From Candidatus Kaiserbacteria bacterium (lineage in GTDB: Bacteria; Patescibacteriota; Minisyncoccia; Phycocordibacterales; UBA2100): a stretch of DNA of 64,000 nucleotides. This document shows, piece after piece, positions 55,108-64,000 of this stretch. The position numbers and the translations under genes are program-made. Position 1 is the first letter of the stretch. Every line of letters starts with the position of its first letter. The stretch lies in assembly GCA_028286865.1 (NCBI GenBank), contig JAQBQU010000017.1:14395-78394 (forward strand). Direction: 5' to 3'. The notes beneath the pieces are model-generated. The model did no database searches. It worked only from the letters and a program-made list of their open reading frames with translations, and was not told where the DNA came from.

Positions 55108-56477
55108 ATAAGGAGTTGTCGTGCTGCGTCGAGGCGGCGAAGCGTGGCATCGCGGCCTATGATAGAGGCGATCGTGAAGGGGTCGGGAGAGCGCGCGAGG
55201 CCCGAAAGAGAAAAGCGCATCGGCCACAATACGGCCCCGCGACCTTGCTCTGTTGCGTATTCCCACACAGTATCTTTGAGACGTTCGGGGGTGTCGAATA
55301 TTTCTGCGGAAGCGCCGATATATAGTTCATGAAGCTTTGCCAGATGCGTAGCCGCCGCCGCCTTCGTGTTGCCTTTGCCGGGTATTTCTTCTGCCGCGGG
55401 CGTCGGATCTTTGAAGAAAAGATCGTATTCCCCGGCCGCTAGCTGCTCGCTCAGATCGCTCCATACGCTCACGCGCTCCTTTATGACGGGAAGAAGCTTT
55501 GTCGCCATACCCTGATCCCAGGTGAGTCCCCTCCCCTGCATGCCCTCCTCCATAATGGGAAGCACTGCCGCGGCAAATTCATCGTCGGTAAGTTTGAGAA
55601 TATATTCGCGGTTGAACCAGCGGAGCTTCTCCATATCGAAGACCGCGCCGCTTTTGTGAACGTCTCTGATATCGAACGCTTCGATCATCTCCGTGAGTGA
55701 GAGAAGCTCTTTGCCGGAAGGTGCCGTCCACCCGAGCACCGCGATGTAATTGAGGAGTGCCTGGGGCAAAAAACCTTTCTCCCGATAACTTTTTACCGCG
55801 ACGTCTCCGGTGCGCTTTGAGAGCTTCGAGCGGTCGGCACCGAGATGGAGCGGATAGTGCGCATACTGAGGACGCGGATAGCCGAGTGCCTCCTGAATGA
55901 GTATCTGACGCGGAGTATTTGAAATGTGATCCTCGCCGCGTATCACATGCGTGATGCCGTGCGACGCATCATCGACGACGACCGCCAGATGATAGAGGGG
56001 GTCGTCAATGGCACGACCGATGGCAAAATCACCGAGCTCGGTCGTATCAAACGTGATCTCGCCGCGGATGAGGTCGGTGAAGGTAATGGCCGTGCCGGGA
56101 TTGCGCAGTCGCACCACCTGGACCATGGTGCCCGGCTCCTTTTTGCTCTCTTCCTCAGAGACACATGCTTTATCTTCCGCGACCAATTTTTGCATCGCGT
56201 CGGTATGAGTCGATACCAGATCGGTGGTTCGATAGAACTCGTCCCACGAAAGCCCCAGCCACTGAAGCTGCTCTTTGATATCTTCCTCAAATTCCGGACG
56301 ACTACGTGCTTTGTCGGTATCTTCGCTGCGAAACACGATAGTCCCGCCGTTCTTCTTTGCAAAAAGATAATTCAATATGGCCATGCGCGCGGTACCCACA
56401 TGGCAAAAACCGGTCGGGCTCGGCGGGAATCGTACTTTAATAGGAGAATCCATGGTATTAGAGAGGTTCGTGCTCAA
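55104..56477 (-). CDS. gltX: glutamyl-tRNA synthetase
   Basis: RFPPSPTGFCHVGTARMAILNYLFAK (HIGH-region variant) and KLSKR. Confidence 0.9.
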   Translation of the reverse strand: MSTNLSNTMDSPIKVRFPPSPTGFCHVGTARMAILNYLFAKKNGGTIVFRSEDTDKARSRPEFEEDIKEQLQWLGLSWDEFYRTTDLVSTHTDAMQKLVAEDKACVSEEESKKEPGTMVQVVRLRNPGTAITFTDLIRGEITFDTTELGDFAIGRAIDDPLYHLAVVVDDASHGITHVIRGEDHISNTPRQILIQEALGYPRPQYAHYPLHLGADRSKLSKRTGDVAVKSYREKGFLPQALLNYIAVLGWTAPSGKELLSLTEMIEAFDIRDVHKSGAVFDMEKLRWFNREYILKLTDDEFAAAVLPIMEEGMQGRGLTWDQGMATKLLPVIKERVSVWSDLSEQLAAGEYDLFFKDPTPAAEEIPGKGNTKAAAATHLAKLHELYIGASAEIFDTPERLKDTVWEYATEQGRGAVLWPMRFSLSGLARSPDPFTIASIIGRDATLRRLDAARQLLI

Positions 56478-57600
56478 GGCCGGTCTCGACCAGAATAGTG
56501 GCTATCTTTCGGGCGGCATCAGGGCGCGCGAACGCTTGAGCGGCCTTGCTCATTTCTGTGCGGCGAGCCGGGTCATTCACGATACGGTCGATCTCGGCGC
56601 GCAGGATGTGCGGTGCGAGATTGCGCTGCTCGATCACGACCGCGGCACCCGCGCGCGCATAGGAAAACGCGTTCTCGGTCTGATCGTGCGATACATCGAG
56701 CGGGATCGGGACCAGGATAGCAGGGATCCCCCACGACGCGATCTCGAATATCGAGCCGGAGCCCGCGCGCGATACGATGATGGTCGAGATACCGGCCGCC
56801 ATGCGCAGCGCAAGCGCATTGAGAAGACCGAATGCGCGGTAGCGGTCAGCGTGAGCAGAGTTCTTGAGGACGACCTGCGTGATGCCGTTGACCTCCTGAA
56901 AATTGGCGGTGCCCGTCTGGTGGATCACATTGTACGACTCGACCAGGTCGGGCAAGACGTCGATAAGCACCTCGTTGATAGCCCGCGCGCCCTGCGAACC
57001 TCCGATGACGAAGACCGTCGGGACATCCTTGTCGAGTTTGAGAAATTCATGTCCGCCTTCTGATGTGGGCTTGGCGATCTCTTTGCGTATCGGATGTCCG
57101 ACGCGCGCGATGCGGTCGCGCACCTTCGCGGGAAATTGCATCGCAGCCTCGGGGTGTGCCACACCGATAGAACGCGCGAATTTCGACGACCAGAGCGACA
57201 CGCGCCCCGGCTTTGCGTCGGCGTCATAGATAATGCACGGGATGCGCAGTAGCTTTGCTGCGGCGAGGGTCGGAAATGCGGCGAATCCGCCGGTCGAAAA
57301 GACCGCATCCGGATAGAGCGAATAGAGCTGGAGGGTCGAGAGGAATACTCCCCATGCCGTCGCGAAGACCCCGAAGATGTTCCAGATACTGTTGTAGCGG
57401 CGCATGCGGCCGGCGGGGCTTCGGATGAAGCGAATATCGCGCTCCTGCATCGCCTCCATATCGAAGGGTGCCGGGCCGACGTAATACATTTCCGGTTCGA
57501 TGAGTGTCCGCTCAAGAGCGATATCCTGCACCGCCTCAGCCACGGCGATAAGCGGGTAGAAATGTCCTCCCGTGCCACCGCCCGTAAGCGCAATTCGCAT
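56458..57600 (-). CDS. murG: undecaprenyldiphospho-muramoylpentapeptide beta-N-acetylglucosaminyltransferase MurG
   Basis: MRIALTGGGTGGHFYPLIAVAEAV, the MurG N-terminal G-loop, and a GT-B fold C-domain. Confidence 0.9.
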   Translation of the reverse strand: MRIALTGGGTGGHFYPLIAVAEAVQDIALERTLIEPEMYYVGPAPFDMEAMQERDIRFIRSPAGRMRRYNSIWNIFGVFATAWGVFLSTLQLYSLYPDAVFSTGGFAAFPTLAAAKLLRIPCIIYDADAKPGRVSLWSSKFARSIGVAHPEAAMQFPAKVRDRIARVGHPIRKEIAKPTSEGGHEFLKLDKDVPTVFVIGGSQGARAINEVLIDVLPDLVESYNVIHQTGTANFQEVNGITQVVLKNSAHADRYRAFGLLNALALRMAAGISTIIVSRAGSGSIFEIASWGIPAILVPIPLDVSHDQTENAFSYARAGAAVVIEQRNLAPHILRAEIDRIVNDPARRTEMSKAAQAFARPDAARKIATILVETGLEHEPL

Positions 57601-57638
57601 ATCTGCTCATTGTAACCCGTCACGGGCCGTTTGTAACT

Positions 57639-58748
57639 TTAACCCTGGGAATGAGCCCTTCTCTGGCGGGAGATATTGAGGAGGACCCCCGCTGCCGCGA
57701 GCGACGCGAGCATGGCGCTGCCGCCTTGGCTCATGAACGTGAGCGGGATGCCGGTAAGCGGCGCGACACCGAGCATGGCGGCGATATTGATGAATGCCTC
57801 AACGACGAGATAGGTGGATATGCCGATGGCGAGAAGCGAGCCGAACATATCCGGCGAGCGCGTCCCGATAGAATATCCGCGAAGTGCGAATGCGAGGAAC
57901 AGTAAGACGATGCTGACCGTCCCGATGAAGCCCATCTCTTCCCCGGCGACCGCAAAGATGGAGTCTCCCATGGGCTCCGGCAAGTAGGTGAATTTCTGTA
58001 TCCCCTGTCCGAGTCCGCGCCCGGTGAATCCGCCGGAACCGACCGCGATGAGCGATTGCTTGATCTGATACGCCTGCGATTGCTGGCCCTTGGAGGGGTC
58101 GAAGAAGGTCGTGATGCGGTCGCGCACGTAGGGACGCCATGCGGCAAGGATGGTGAGCGCGATGATCCCGATCAGAATTGATGCAAGTATCTGCTTCCAC
58201 GAAGCGCCGGCGGCAAAAAATATCGCTGCGACCGAAAAACATATCACGCCGAGCGTGCCCAGATCGGGCTGCGCAATAAGTATCAATACGGGAGCCGCAA
58301 GGATGGCCGCGAATCCCCCGAAACCGTACTTGAACGATTCCACCTGCTTGCGCATGCTTGAGAAATACGCCGCGGCCATAAGTATCGCGGCAAGCTTGAG
58401 CCCTTCCGACGGTTGGAGCGAAATATGCGCGATCGATATCCAGCGACGTCCGCCGCCGTGAGAGAAGCCGAGATGCGGCACGAATACCGCTGCTGTCCCG
58501 ATAAGTGCTAGTACGAATATGTGTATCGCGTACGGACGCAAAAGCCGGTAGTCAAAGAATGCGAATCCTACCATCGCTACCAGTCCGAGCCCGACTCCGA
58601 GCACGAGGTGATTGAAAACGACCGATGACATATCGGTCGAGCCGCGCGCGAGAAGTCCGAAGGCGGCGGACGCAAAAATAAGGCAGCCGCCGACGACAAG
58701 CAAGGCAATGAGAAGCATCAGTGGCTTGTCGAAGTGTCCGCGCTTCAT
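57639..58748 (-). CDS. ftsW: SEDS family peptidoglycan polymerase FtsW/RodA
   Basis: 369 aa with about 10 TM helices and conserved SEDS segments (GSGGFTGRGLGQG; PTDFIFA-like SIFAVAGEEMGFIG). Confidence 0.85.
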   Translation of the reverse strand: MKRGHFDKPLMLLIALLVVGGCLIFASAAFGLLARGSTDMSSVVFNHLVLGVGLGLVAMVGFAFFDYRLLRPYAIHIFVLALIGTAAVFVPHLGFSHGGGRRWISIAHISLQPSEGLKLAAILMAAAYFSSMRKQVESFKYGFGGFAAILAAPVLILIAQPDLGTLGVICFSVAAIFFAAGASWKQILASILIGIIALTILAAWRPYVRDRITTFFDPSKGQQSQAYQIKQSLIAVGSGGFTGRGLGQGIQKFTYLPEPMGDSIFAVAGEEMGFIGTVSIVLLFLAFALRGYSIGTRSPDMFGSLLAIGISTYLVVEAFINIAAMLGVAPLTGIPLTFMSQGGSAMLASLAAAGVLLNISRQRRAHSQG

Positions 58749-58751
58749 ACC

Positions 58752-59822
58752 CTAGATCGTATAGATAGCGGAAAGCGCCAGAAGGACGCCGGCAAAGGCG
58801 AAAACGACGGAGAGGATCCAGTAGCGCATTACGACCTTGCTCCCCGGCCATCCGATGGCTTCGAAATGGTGATGCAGCGGTGCGATCCGCAGGAGTTTGC
58901 GGCCGAGCACCCGCTTCCAGAACATCTGACCGACATTCGAAAGTACCGTGATCACGAGCAGAATACCGATGATGGGAAGCACGAAGACCCCTACGCCGCC
59001 GCCAAGGTTGTCGGTCATGAAGGCGACGACCGCGAGGGTTAGCGTGAGTCCCATGGTACCGGTATCGCTCATATAGAAGCGCGCGGGCGGGACATTGAAC
59101 CACAAGAAGGCCAGAAGTCCTCCGACGAGCGCGGTGCAGAATGCGGCGAGATCGAATTCCTGGAGTGCAAAGGCGATGACCGCATATGCGCCGAATATCG
59201 ACGCGAATACCCCGCCGGAGAGTCCGTCGATACCATCGATGACTCCGGATGCGTAGAGACAAAGCGAAACGAAGACGAAGAACGGAATAATGTATACGCC
59301 GACATCGAACGGATTCCCGAAGGGTATGTTGATGAGATGCACACCGAGTTTGTCCCAGAACCACCAGCCGATAAGCGATGACACGATGACGACGAATACG
59401 AGGCGCAGGCGAAGCGGAAGTCCCTCAGCGTTCGGTCGGATCATTAAGAGGTCATCGACCAGTCCGATGAAGGCACCCACTAAAAGCGCCGCCAGCGGCA
59501 GCCACGTTTGGCCGCGGCTGAGGAAGTTGAGTCGTGAGAATCCGGTGCTCGGGACCAGTGCCGCGATGAGCGCGATACCCACTATGGTGAGCAGCGTACT
59601 CGCCCAGATGACGATCCCGCCCATGCGCGGCGCGCGCACTTCTTGTACCTGATGAAGCCGATTGAATTCCTGTGCCGCGGTGCCGTCGAGCGCTGTCTTC
59701 CCCGGACGCTTCTTCCATGCCTTATGTATAAAAAGATAATGGGTCACTATCGGGGTGAGCGCGATGCCGATCCAGAAGGATGCGGCTGCCGGAATGATGA
59801 CGCGGGATAGGTCAGAAAACAT
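58752..59822 (-). CDS. mraY: phospho-N-acetylmuramoyl-pentapeptide transferase MraY
   Basis: 356 aa polytopic protein with MraY conserved motifs (DDLLMI...; NVGQMFW-like; HHHFE). Confidence 0.9.
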   Translation of the reverse strand: MFSDLSRVIIPAAASFWIGIALTPIVTHYLFIHKAWKKRPGKTALDGTAAQEFNRLHQVQEVRAPRMGGIVIWASTLLTIVGIALIAALVPSTGFSRLNFLSRGQTWLPLAALLVGAFIGLVDDLLMIRPNAEGLPLRLRLVFVVIVSSLIGWWFWDKLGVHLINIPFGNPFDVGVYIIPFFVFVSLCLYASGVIDGIDGLSGGVFASIFGAYAVIAFALQEFDLAAFCTALVGGLLAFLWFNVPPARFYMSDTGTMGLTLTLAVVAFMTDNLGGGVGVFVLPIIGILLVITVLSNVGQMFWKRVLGRKLLRIAPLHHHFEAIGWPGSKVVMRYWILSVVFAFAGVLLALSAIYTI

Positions 59823-59839
59823 ATATTGACAATTGTACG

Positions 59840-60823
59840 CTATTCTTGGGCAACCGCCTTGCGCGCTGCCGTAACGATGCGCTTCATATCGCTGAACCGG
59901 CCCTCTTGCGTCGAGCCCAGGACGACCGCGACGACCGGGTGCGATAGTCCCACATCAAAAACGACCGTGAGATTGCCTCCCGCCAGGTCAGTAAAACCGG
60001 TCTTACCCATGATGAGTCCCGGAATGGCACCCAATGCTTCGTTGGTGTTATACGCGGAAGCCTTGGTACCGTCGGCGCCCGTGAGCAAGAGCCCGTCGCG
60101 CGTCGTACCGGAGAATGTTGCGGGAGTGGTGGATGCCGCGTACGCAAAAAGTGTGGCTACTTCGCGGGCGGTCGCATAGGCGCCCGATCTACCGGCCGCG
60201 ACATCCAGGTCGAGCCCGCTGTCGTTGAGGAAATACATATGTGTGAGGCCCAGTGAGTGCGAGAGGTCGTTCATGCGCCATATCGCGGCCGATCCCTCGG
60301 TCGCCTGCGGGTATTTGGCGCGCACGGCGTCCTCGACGGCTGCCGCAAGGATGTCGGCACCTTGATTCGATGATGCGGTGAGCGTGAAGCTTAAGACATC
60401 GCCAATGCGCCAATGGTCTCCTTGTGCGAGCCGCTCGGCGCTTCCCGGCGGCGCAGTATCGTATGGGATGGTGATCACGGTGTCCGGTGAAGCGACCTCA
60501 GCGACAACAAGTGCCAAGGCGACCTTGGTGAGCGACGCAAGCGGCAGCTGCTCTTCGGCGTTGCGTCTGAAGAGCACCTTGCCGGTCACAAGGTCCTGCA
60601 CGTAGACGCTCTTGGCCTCGAGTAATATCCCGTTGAACGCGTCGATCTTCTGGACCTCTTCTGCGGGCACAACGACCGGTTCGGGACGCGTTCCCATATA
60701 CGTAAGCACGAGTGCAAAGGCGCAGAGGCCGGTCAATATCAGTGCGGCAATACCGACAACGTGCGGTGAGCGCGCAATTATTGAAATTATATTATGGCGA
60801 GAGGGGTTCGGATGTTGAGGCAT
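59840..60823 (-). CDS. D-alanyl-D-alanine carboxypeptidase (S11, PBP5/6-like)
   Basis: SxxK ASLTK, SxN SSNQGA, KTG MGKTGFT, with an N-terminal TM anchor. The track start 60841 overlaps scpB. Confidence 0.8.
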   Translation of the reverse strand: MPQHPNPSRHNIISIIARSPHVVGIAALILTGLCAFALVLTYMGTRPEPVVVPAEEVQKIDAFNGILLEAKSVYVQDLVTGKVLFRRNAEEQLPLASLTKVALALVVAEVASPDTVITIPYDTAPPGSAERLAQGDHWRIGDVLSFTLTASSNQGADILAAAVEDAVRAKYPQATEGSAAIWRMNDLSHSLGLTHMYFLNDSGLDLDVAAGRSGAYATAREVATLFAYAASTTPATFSGTTRDGLLLTGADGTKASAYNTNEALGAIPGLIMGKTGFTDLAGGNLTVVFDVGLSHPVVAVVLGSTQEGRFSDMKRIVTAARKAVAQE

Positions 60824-61400
60824 GATCTTCGAACGGCTCACGCTCTGTCAGAGAGTTGTTCATCGCTTTCTGCGATTCCTCGAATGCGGCCAATTCGCTC
60901 GTTATCTTATCATATTCGGGAAGTTCTGTGGTGTTGCGGGCGCCTAGGTGCGCAAGCAGCTCCACCGTCGGTCGGTAGAGATATTCGCGGGAATCTTTGG
61001 GATTGAGCGCTCGCTCGATGAGACCCCGCGCGGTGAGCAAGCGGATCGTGGAAGAAGTGTTCACGCCGCGGATGTAGTCGATCTCGGCACGCGTCGACGG
61101 TCCGCGATACAGAATAATGGCCAGCACTTCGAGTCCGGCATCGCCTACTTCGCGGCCAAGTTCGCGCTCGAAGGCCGCTGCGACCACCGGCGAGGCTTCC
61201 TCTGATACGGCGAGCGTGACCTCGCGCTCCGTTTCTATAAGGCTCAGCGCGCTTCCCTCTTTTCGCTGCTTTAGTTCGACGAGTGCGACATTGATCGCAT
61301 CCTCTGATTCATTGAGCACTTGTGCGAGCTTCTTGCGCGGCAAGGTCCCCCCTTCGCTGAAAAGGATGGCTTCTATCTTTGATGCGAGGTCAATAGTCAT
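60792..61400 (-). CDS. scpB: segregation and condensation protein B
   Basis: Winged-helix ScpB pattern (IEAILFSEGGTLPRKKLAQVLN ... IDYIRGVNTSSTIRLLTARGLIE). Confidence 0.85.
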   Translation of the reverse strand: MTIDLASKIEAILFSEGGTLPRKKLAQVLNESEDAINVALVELKQRKEGSALSLIETEREVTLAVSEEASPVVAAAFERELGREVGDAGLEVLAIILYRGPSTRAEIDYIRGVNTSSTIRLLTARGLIERALNPKDSREYLYRPTVELLAHLGARNTTELPEYDKITSELAAFEESQKAMNNSLTEREPFEDHASTSEPLSP

Positions 61401-61415
61401 AATTAGTTTCCCAAT

Positions 61416-62141
61416 TTAATTTCCATAGCGAGGCAGTCCGCCTCCTTCTATCTCGATCGTAATATCCTCAAAAAGCTTCTCCTGGGAGATGCTCGCACTT
61501 CCGGAACGCACCAGTTCGAGCATCGCTAGGAAGTATACGATAATTTCGTGACGGTCTTTGCTTTTGGTGAGTTCCGAAAAGCGCGCGCGAAATGCGGTAT
61601 TGAGTCGATGTTTGAGGCTCACGATCACGTCCTCAAGTGCGAGAACCGGGGCGACCGCCGCGCGCGCGAGTGCCTCCGGCATCGGCAGGACACTCAGCAG
61701 CTTTTTTGCGGCAGCGAGCACGGTCGCAATAGATGATTCGGCAGGACTAAACACGGCCGGAGCAGCGGGGGCACGGTACGCGAGCATGAGTGGTGCTTTT
61801 CCCCATGTCGCACGAAGTCCCTTTGCGGCAGCACGCACGATCGCATAGCGCGCAAGACGACGCTCGAGCTCTTCTACCGATTCGCGTTCGTCGCTCGAGA
61901 GTTCGAGTGTGGGCAAGAGCGTTCGCGACTTGATGAGAAGCAGTGTTGAGGCCACAAGAATGAACTGGGCCGTTTCGCCGAGCGGAAGCTGCGGCAGCTT
62001 TTCTACGTACGAAAGATACGCATCGGTCACGTCGGCAAGCGAGATATCCGATATAGACATCTTACGGTCTTCTATCAGATTGAGCAGCGCCTCGAGCGGC
62101 CCCTGGAATGACTCAGTGGCTACGTGGAAGCGGTCGTTCAT
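61416..62141 (-). CDS. scpA: segregation and condensation protein A
   Basis: FQGPLEALLNLIEDRKMSISDISLADVTDAYLSYV is the ScpA (kleisin) N-terminal signature. Confidence 0.85.
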   Translation of the reverse strand: MNDRFHVATESFQGPLEALLNLIEDRKMSISDISLADVTDAYLSYVEKLPQLPLGETAQFILVASTLLLIKSRTLLPTLELSSDERESVEELERRLARYAIVRAAAKGLRATWGKAPLMLAYRAPAAPAVFSPAESSIATVLAAAKKLLSVLPMPEALARAAVAPVLALEDVIVSLKHRLNTAFRARFSELTKSKDRHEIIVYFLAMLELVRSGSASISQEKLFEDITIEIEGGGLPRYGN

Positions 62142-63538
62142 GCCTTTTTTTCTTTCTTCTCTACTCGCAAACCAAGCTCGATCAGTTGCTCTGGCGTCAG
62201 TTCTTTGGGAGCTTTCATGACAGCCGTTTGACCGCCGCGGGTCATCGGAAATGCCTGCACTTCGCGTAAATACTCTTCATTCGTGAGGTTCATCAGTACT
62301 CGTTCTACGCCGAGCGCGATACCGCCGTGAGTGGGAGCACCGTATTTGAACGCTTCAAGCATATGTCCGATCCTTTCTTCGGTCTCTTCGTCTGTATATC
62401 CCATGATCTCGTATACCGACTTCAGTAATTCCGGTTTATGCGCCCGGATCGATCCACCGCCGGTCTCAAATCCGTTGCAGACGAGGTCGTACTGGGTCGT
62501 CAGAATATCGCCGACATTCTCTTTCTTCAGAAGCATGTCCACATGCTCGGGGATCGGCATCGAGAACGGATTGTGCGTGAAGGTCCACCCGCCTTCCGGG
62601 GTCTTTTCGAAGAACGGGAACTTATACACCCACGCGTAGGCTAATACATTGTTCGCCCTATCCTCCTCGGTGCGCATGTCGAACTTATCGGCTCCGTATT
62701 TTTCCATGGATTCGGCATAGGTGAGGCGCGGGAACGGCTTCTCCTTTATCGTGAAGCCGAGCGATTCGACGGTCTCGATCATCATCTCTTCGATCATGCC
62801 CATGATATCTCCCTGCTCGACGAACGACATTTCGATATCTATCTGCGTATGTTCAAAGCCGCGGTCGGCACGAAGGTCCTCATCGCGAAGAGCGCGTGCG
62901 ATCTGGAAGTATCGCTCGAATGCGCCGACCATCAGGAGCTGTTTGTACTGCTGCGGAGATTGCGGCAGCGCATAGAATTTGCCCGGCTGAAGTCTCGAGG
63001 GAACGACGAAATCGCGCGAACCTTCCGGCGTCGATTCGGTGAGCAGCGGGGTCTCGATCTCGGTGAATTTCTGCTTGAAAAGATATTCGCGGCATTTTTG
63101 TACGAACTGGCTGCGAAGACGAATATTGCGCTGCATGCGCTCGCTGCGGAGGTCGAGGTATCGATATTGCAGGCGAACCTCCTCGTTGATACCCGACGTA
63201 TCTCCGTTGATCTCGAATGGCAGCGTTTCTGAAAGATTAAGAATATCGATAGACTCGATAAGCAGTTCGATATCGCCGTTGAGCTTGTCGGCCTGAACAT
63301 TCTTCTCGGGACGCTTGTTCACAGCCCCCGTGATCGCGACCGCTGACTCCACTTTGAGACCTTTTGCGATCTCTATAGCAGGATTAGAAGGCAGTACGAG
63401 CCCTTGCACGGTACCCGTCATATCGCGGAGATCGAAGAAGACCATCTTGCCCTGGTCGCGGCGCACGCTCACCCAGCCCTTGATGGTGATGGTCTCTCCG
63501 ACATGTTGTCCCAACTCTCCTATATATGTTCTTTCCAT
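62138..63538 (-). CDS. aspS: aspartyl-tRNA synthetase, short form lacking the GAD insertion domain
   Basis: 466 aa with an OB anticodon-binding N-domain and class II motifs (FYALPQSPQ; GFETGGGSIRAH). The motif 2 to motif 3 distance is about 110 aa, against about 250 in GAD-containing bacterial AspRS. Confidence 0.85.
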   Translation of the reverse strand: MERTYIGELGQHVGETITIKGWVSVRRDQGKMVFFDLRDMTGTVQGLVLPSNPAIEIAKGLKVESAVAITGAVNKRPEKNVQADKLNGDIELLIESIDILNLSETLPFEINGDTSGINEEVRLQYRYLDLRSERMQRNIRLRSQFVQKCREYLFKQKFTEIETPLLTESTPEGSRDFVVPSRLQPGKFYALPQSPQQYKQLLMVGAFERYFQIARALRDEDLRADRGFEHTQIDIEMSFVEQGDIMGMIEEMMIETVESLGFTIKEKPFPRLTYAESMEKYGADKFDMRTEEDRANNVLAYAWVYKFPFFEKTPEGGWTFTHNPFSMPIPEHVDMLLKKENVGDILTTQYDLVCNGFETGGGSIRAHKPELLKSVYEIMGYTDEETEERIGHMLEAFKYGAPTHGGIALGVERVLMNLTNEEYLREVQAFPMTRGGQTAVMKAPKELTPEQLIELGLRVEKKEKKA

Positions 63539-63540
63539 AA

Positions 63541-64000
63541 TTATATTGTTACTCCTACTTTAGCTCGCACATCTTTCATCTTCTCCGACGCTCGGGACCG
63601 TGCGCGAGCACCGCCTTCTTTAAGCACCTGCTCGACATCGCTCTCAGCGATCGCATTGCGGATCTCGCGCATAGGCGCCACGAGTGAATCAATATCTTCG
63701 ATCAGCGCTTCCTTGAGGTTCTTGTACTTGCCCTTGTGCTCCTCATAGAGTGCCGCAAGTTCGCTTTCTGTCTTGAAGAGCTGGTGTATCGCGAATACAT
63801 TTTCCGGTTTATCACTGCCTGAATCCGTGACGATGCTCATAACTGCCTTTGCTATCTCGTCCTTAGTACCGAAAAGCGGAATGGTATTGCCGTAGGATTT
63901 GCTCATCTTCTTGCCGTCGGTACCCGGGACGGTGGCGATCATCTCAAGGATCTTCTCTTTCGGCTCCTTGAATGTCTGGCCGTAGGCATTATTGAATTTT
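63541..64000 (-). CDS. trpS: tryptophanyl-tRNA synthetase, C-terminal part (5' end beyond window)
   Basis: GTDGKKMSKSYGNTI (KMSKS) and a TrpRS-like C-terminus. The ORF is open at the window end. Confidence 0.75.
   Translation of the reverse strand, partial: KFNNAYGQTFKEPKEKILEMIATVPGTDGKKMSKSYGNTIPLFGTKDEIAKAVMSIVTDSGSDKPENVFAIHQLFKTESELAALYEEHKGKYKNLKEALIEDIDSLVAPMREIRNAIAESDVEQVLKEGGARARSRASEKMKDVRAKVGVTI

Overview
This is a high-GC (about 58-60%) bacterial chromosomal window with small, tightly packed genes and four tRNAs. I count about 90 features, and it reads like a reduced-genome lineage, possibly CPR/Parcubacteria-like; that is inferred only from the gene content listed in the features.

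Housekeeping content includes:
- a partial TspO gene, Prs, and a split dcw cluster: mraZ-rsmH-ftsL-ftsI-murF on the + strand at 5.8-10.7 kb, and mraY-ftsW-murG-gltX plus an M23 peptidase and a D-Ala-D-Ala carboxypeptidase on the - strand at 53.8-60.8 kb;
- an F1Fo ATP synthase operon, atpBEFHAG-[3 inserted genes]-atpDC, at 21.3-29.0 kb;
- aminoacyl-tRNA synthetases: leuS, cysS, gltX, a GAD-less aspS and a partial trpS;
- ScpAB, YchF, AhcY, a cold-shock protein and ribosomal proteins L9 and L27.

The accessory or unusual content is what deserves attention:
1. An in-frame, roughly 570-nt lower-GC insertion in leuS. It encodes an RBBP9/YdeN-like alpha/beta serine hydrolase domain at the hinge of the catalytic and CP1 editing domains.
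2. A roughly 3-kb low-GC (about 40%) islet carrying a three-gene overlapping cassette: a STAS-GHKL kinase-like ATPase, a DUF4325/STAS-like protein and a 2-TM protein. It looks like a partner-switching module and is a candidate novel defence or regulatory system.
3. Modular structured repeat elements immediately downstream of three tRNA genes, with compensatory base changes in their hairpins. Alongside them are partial duplications of tRNA ends, and a low-GC islet next to tRNA-Glu.
4. A cluster of duplicated small membrane proteins with conserved leaderless-type promoters.
5. Several variant proteins: a stand-alone PEP-utilizer swivel domain coupled to an unknown protein, an AICARFT-only PurH, an N-terminally short MurF, a CorA-like protein with DIN in place of GMN, and a Ser-less ClpP-like protein.
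6. A DUF2200 gene interrupted by a 1-nt frameshift in an A5 run.

No rRNA genes and no CRISPR arrays were seen.
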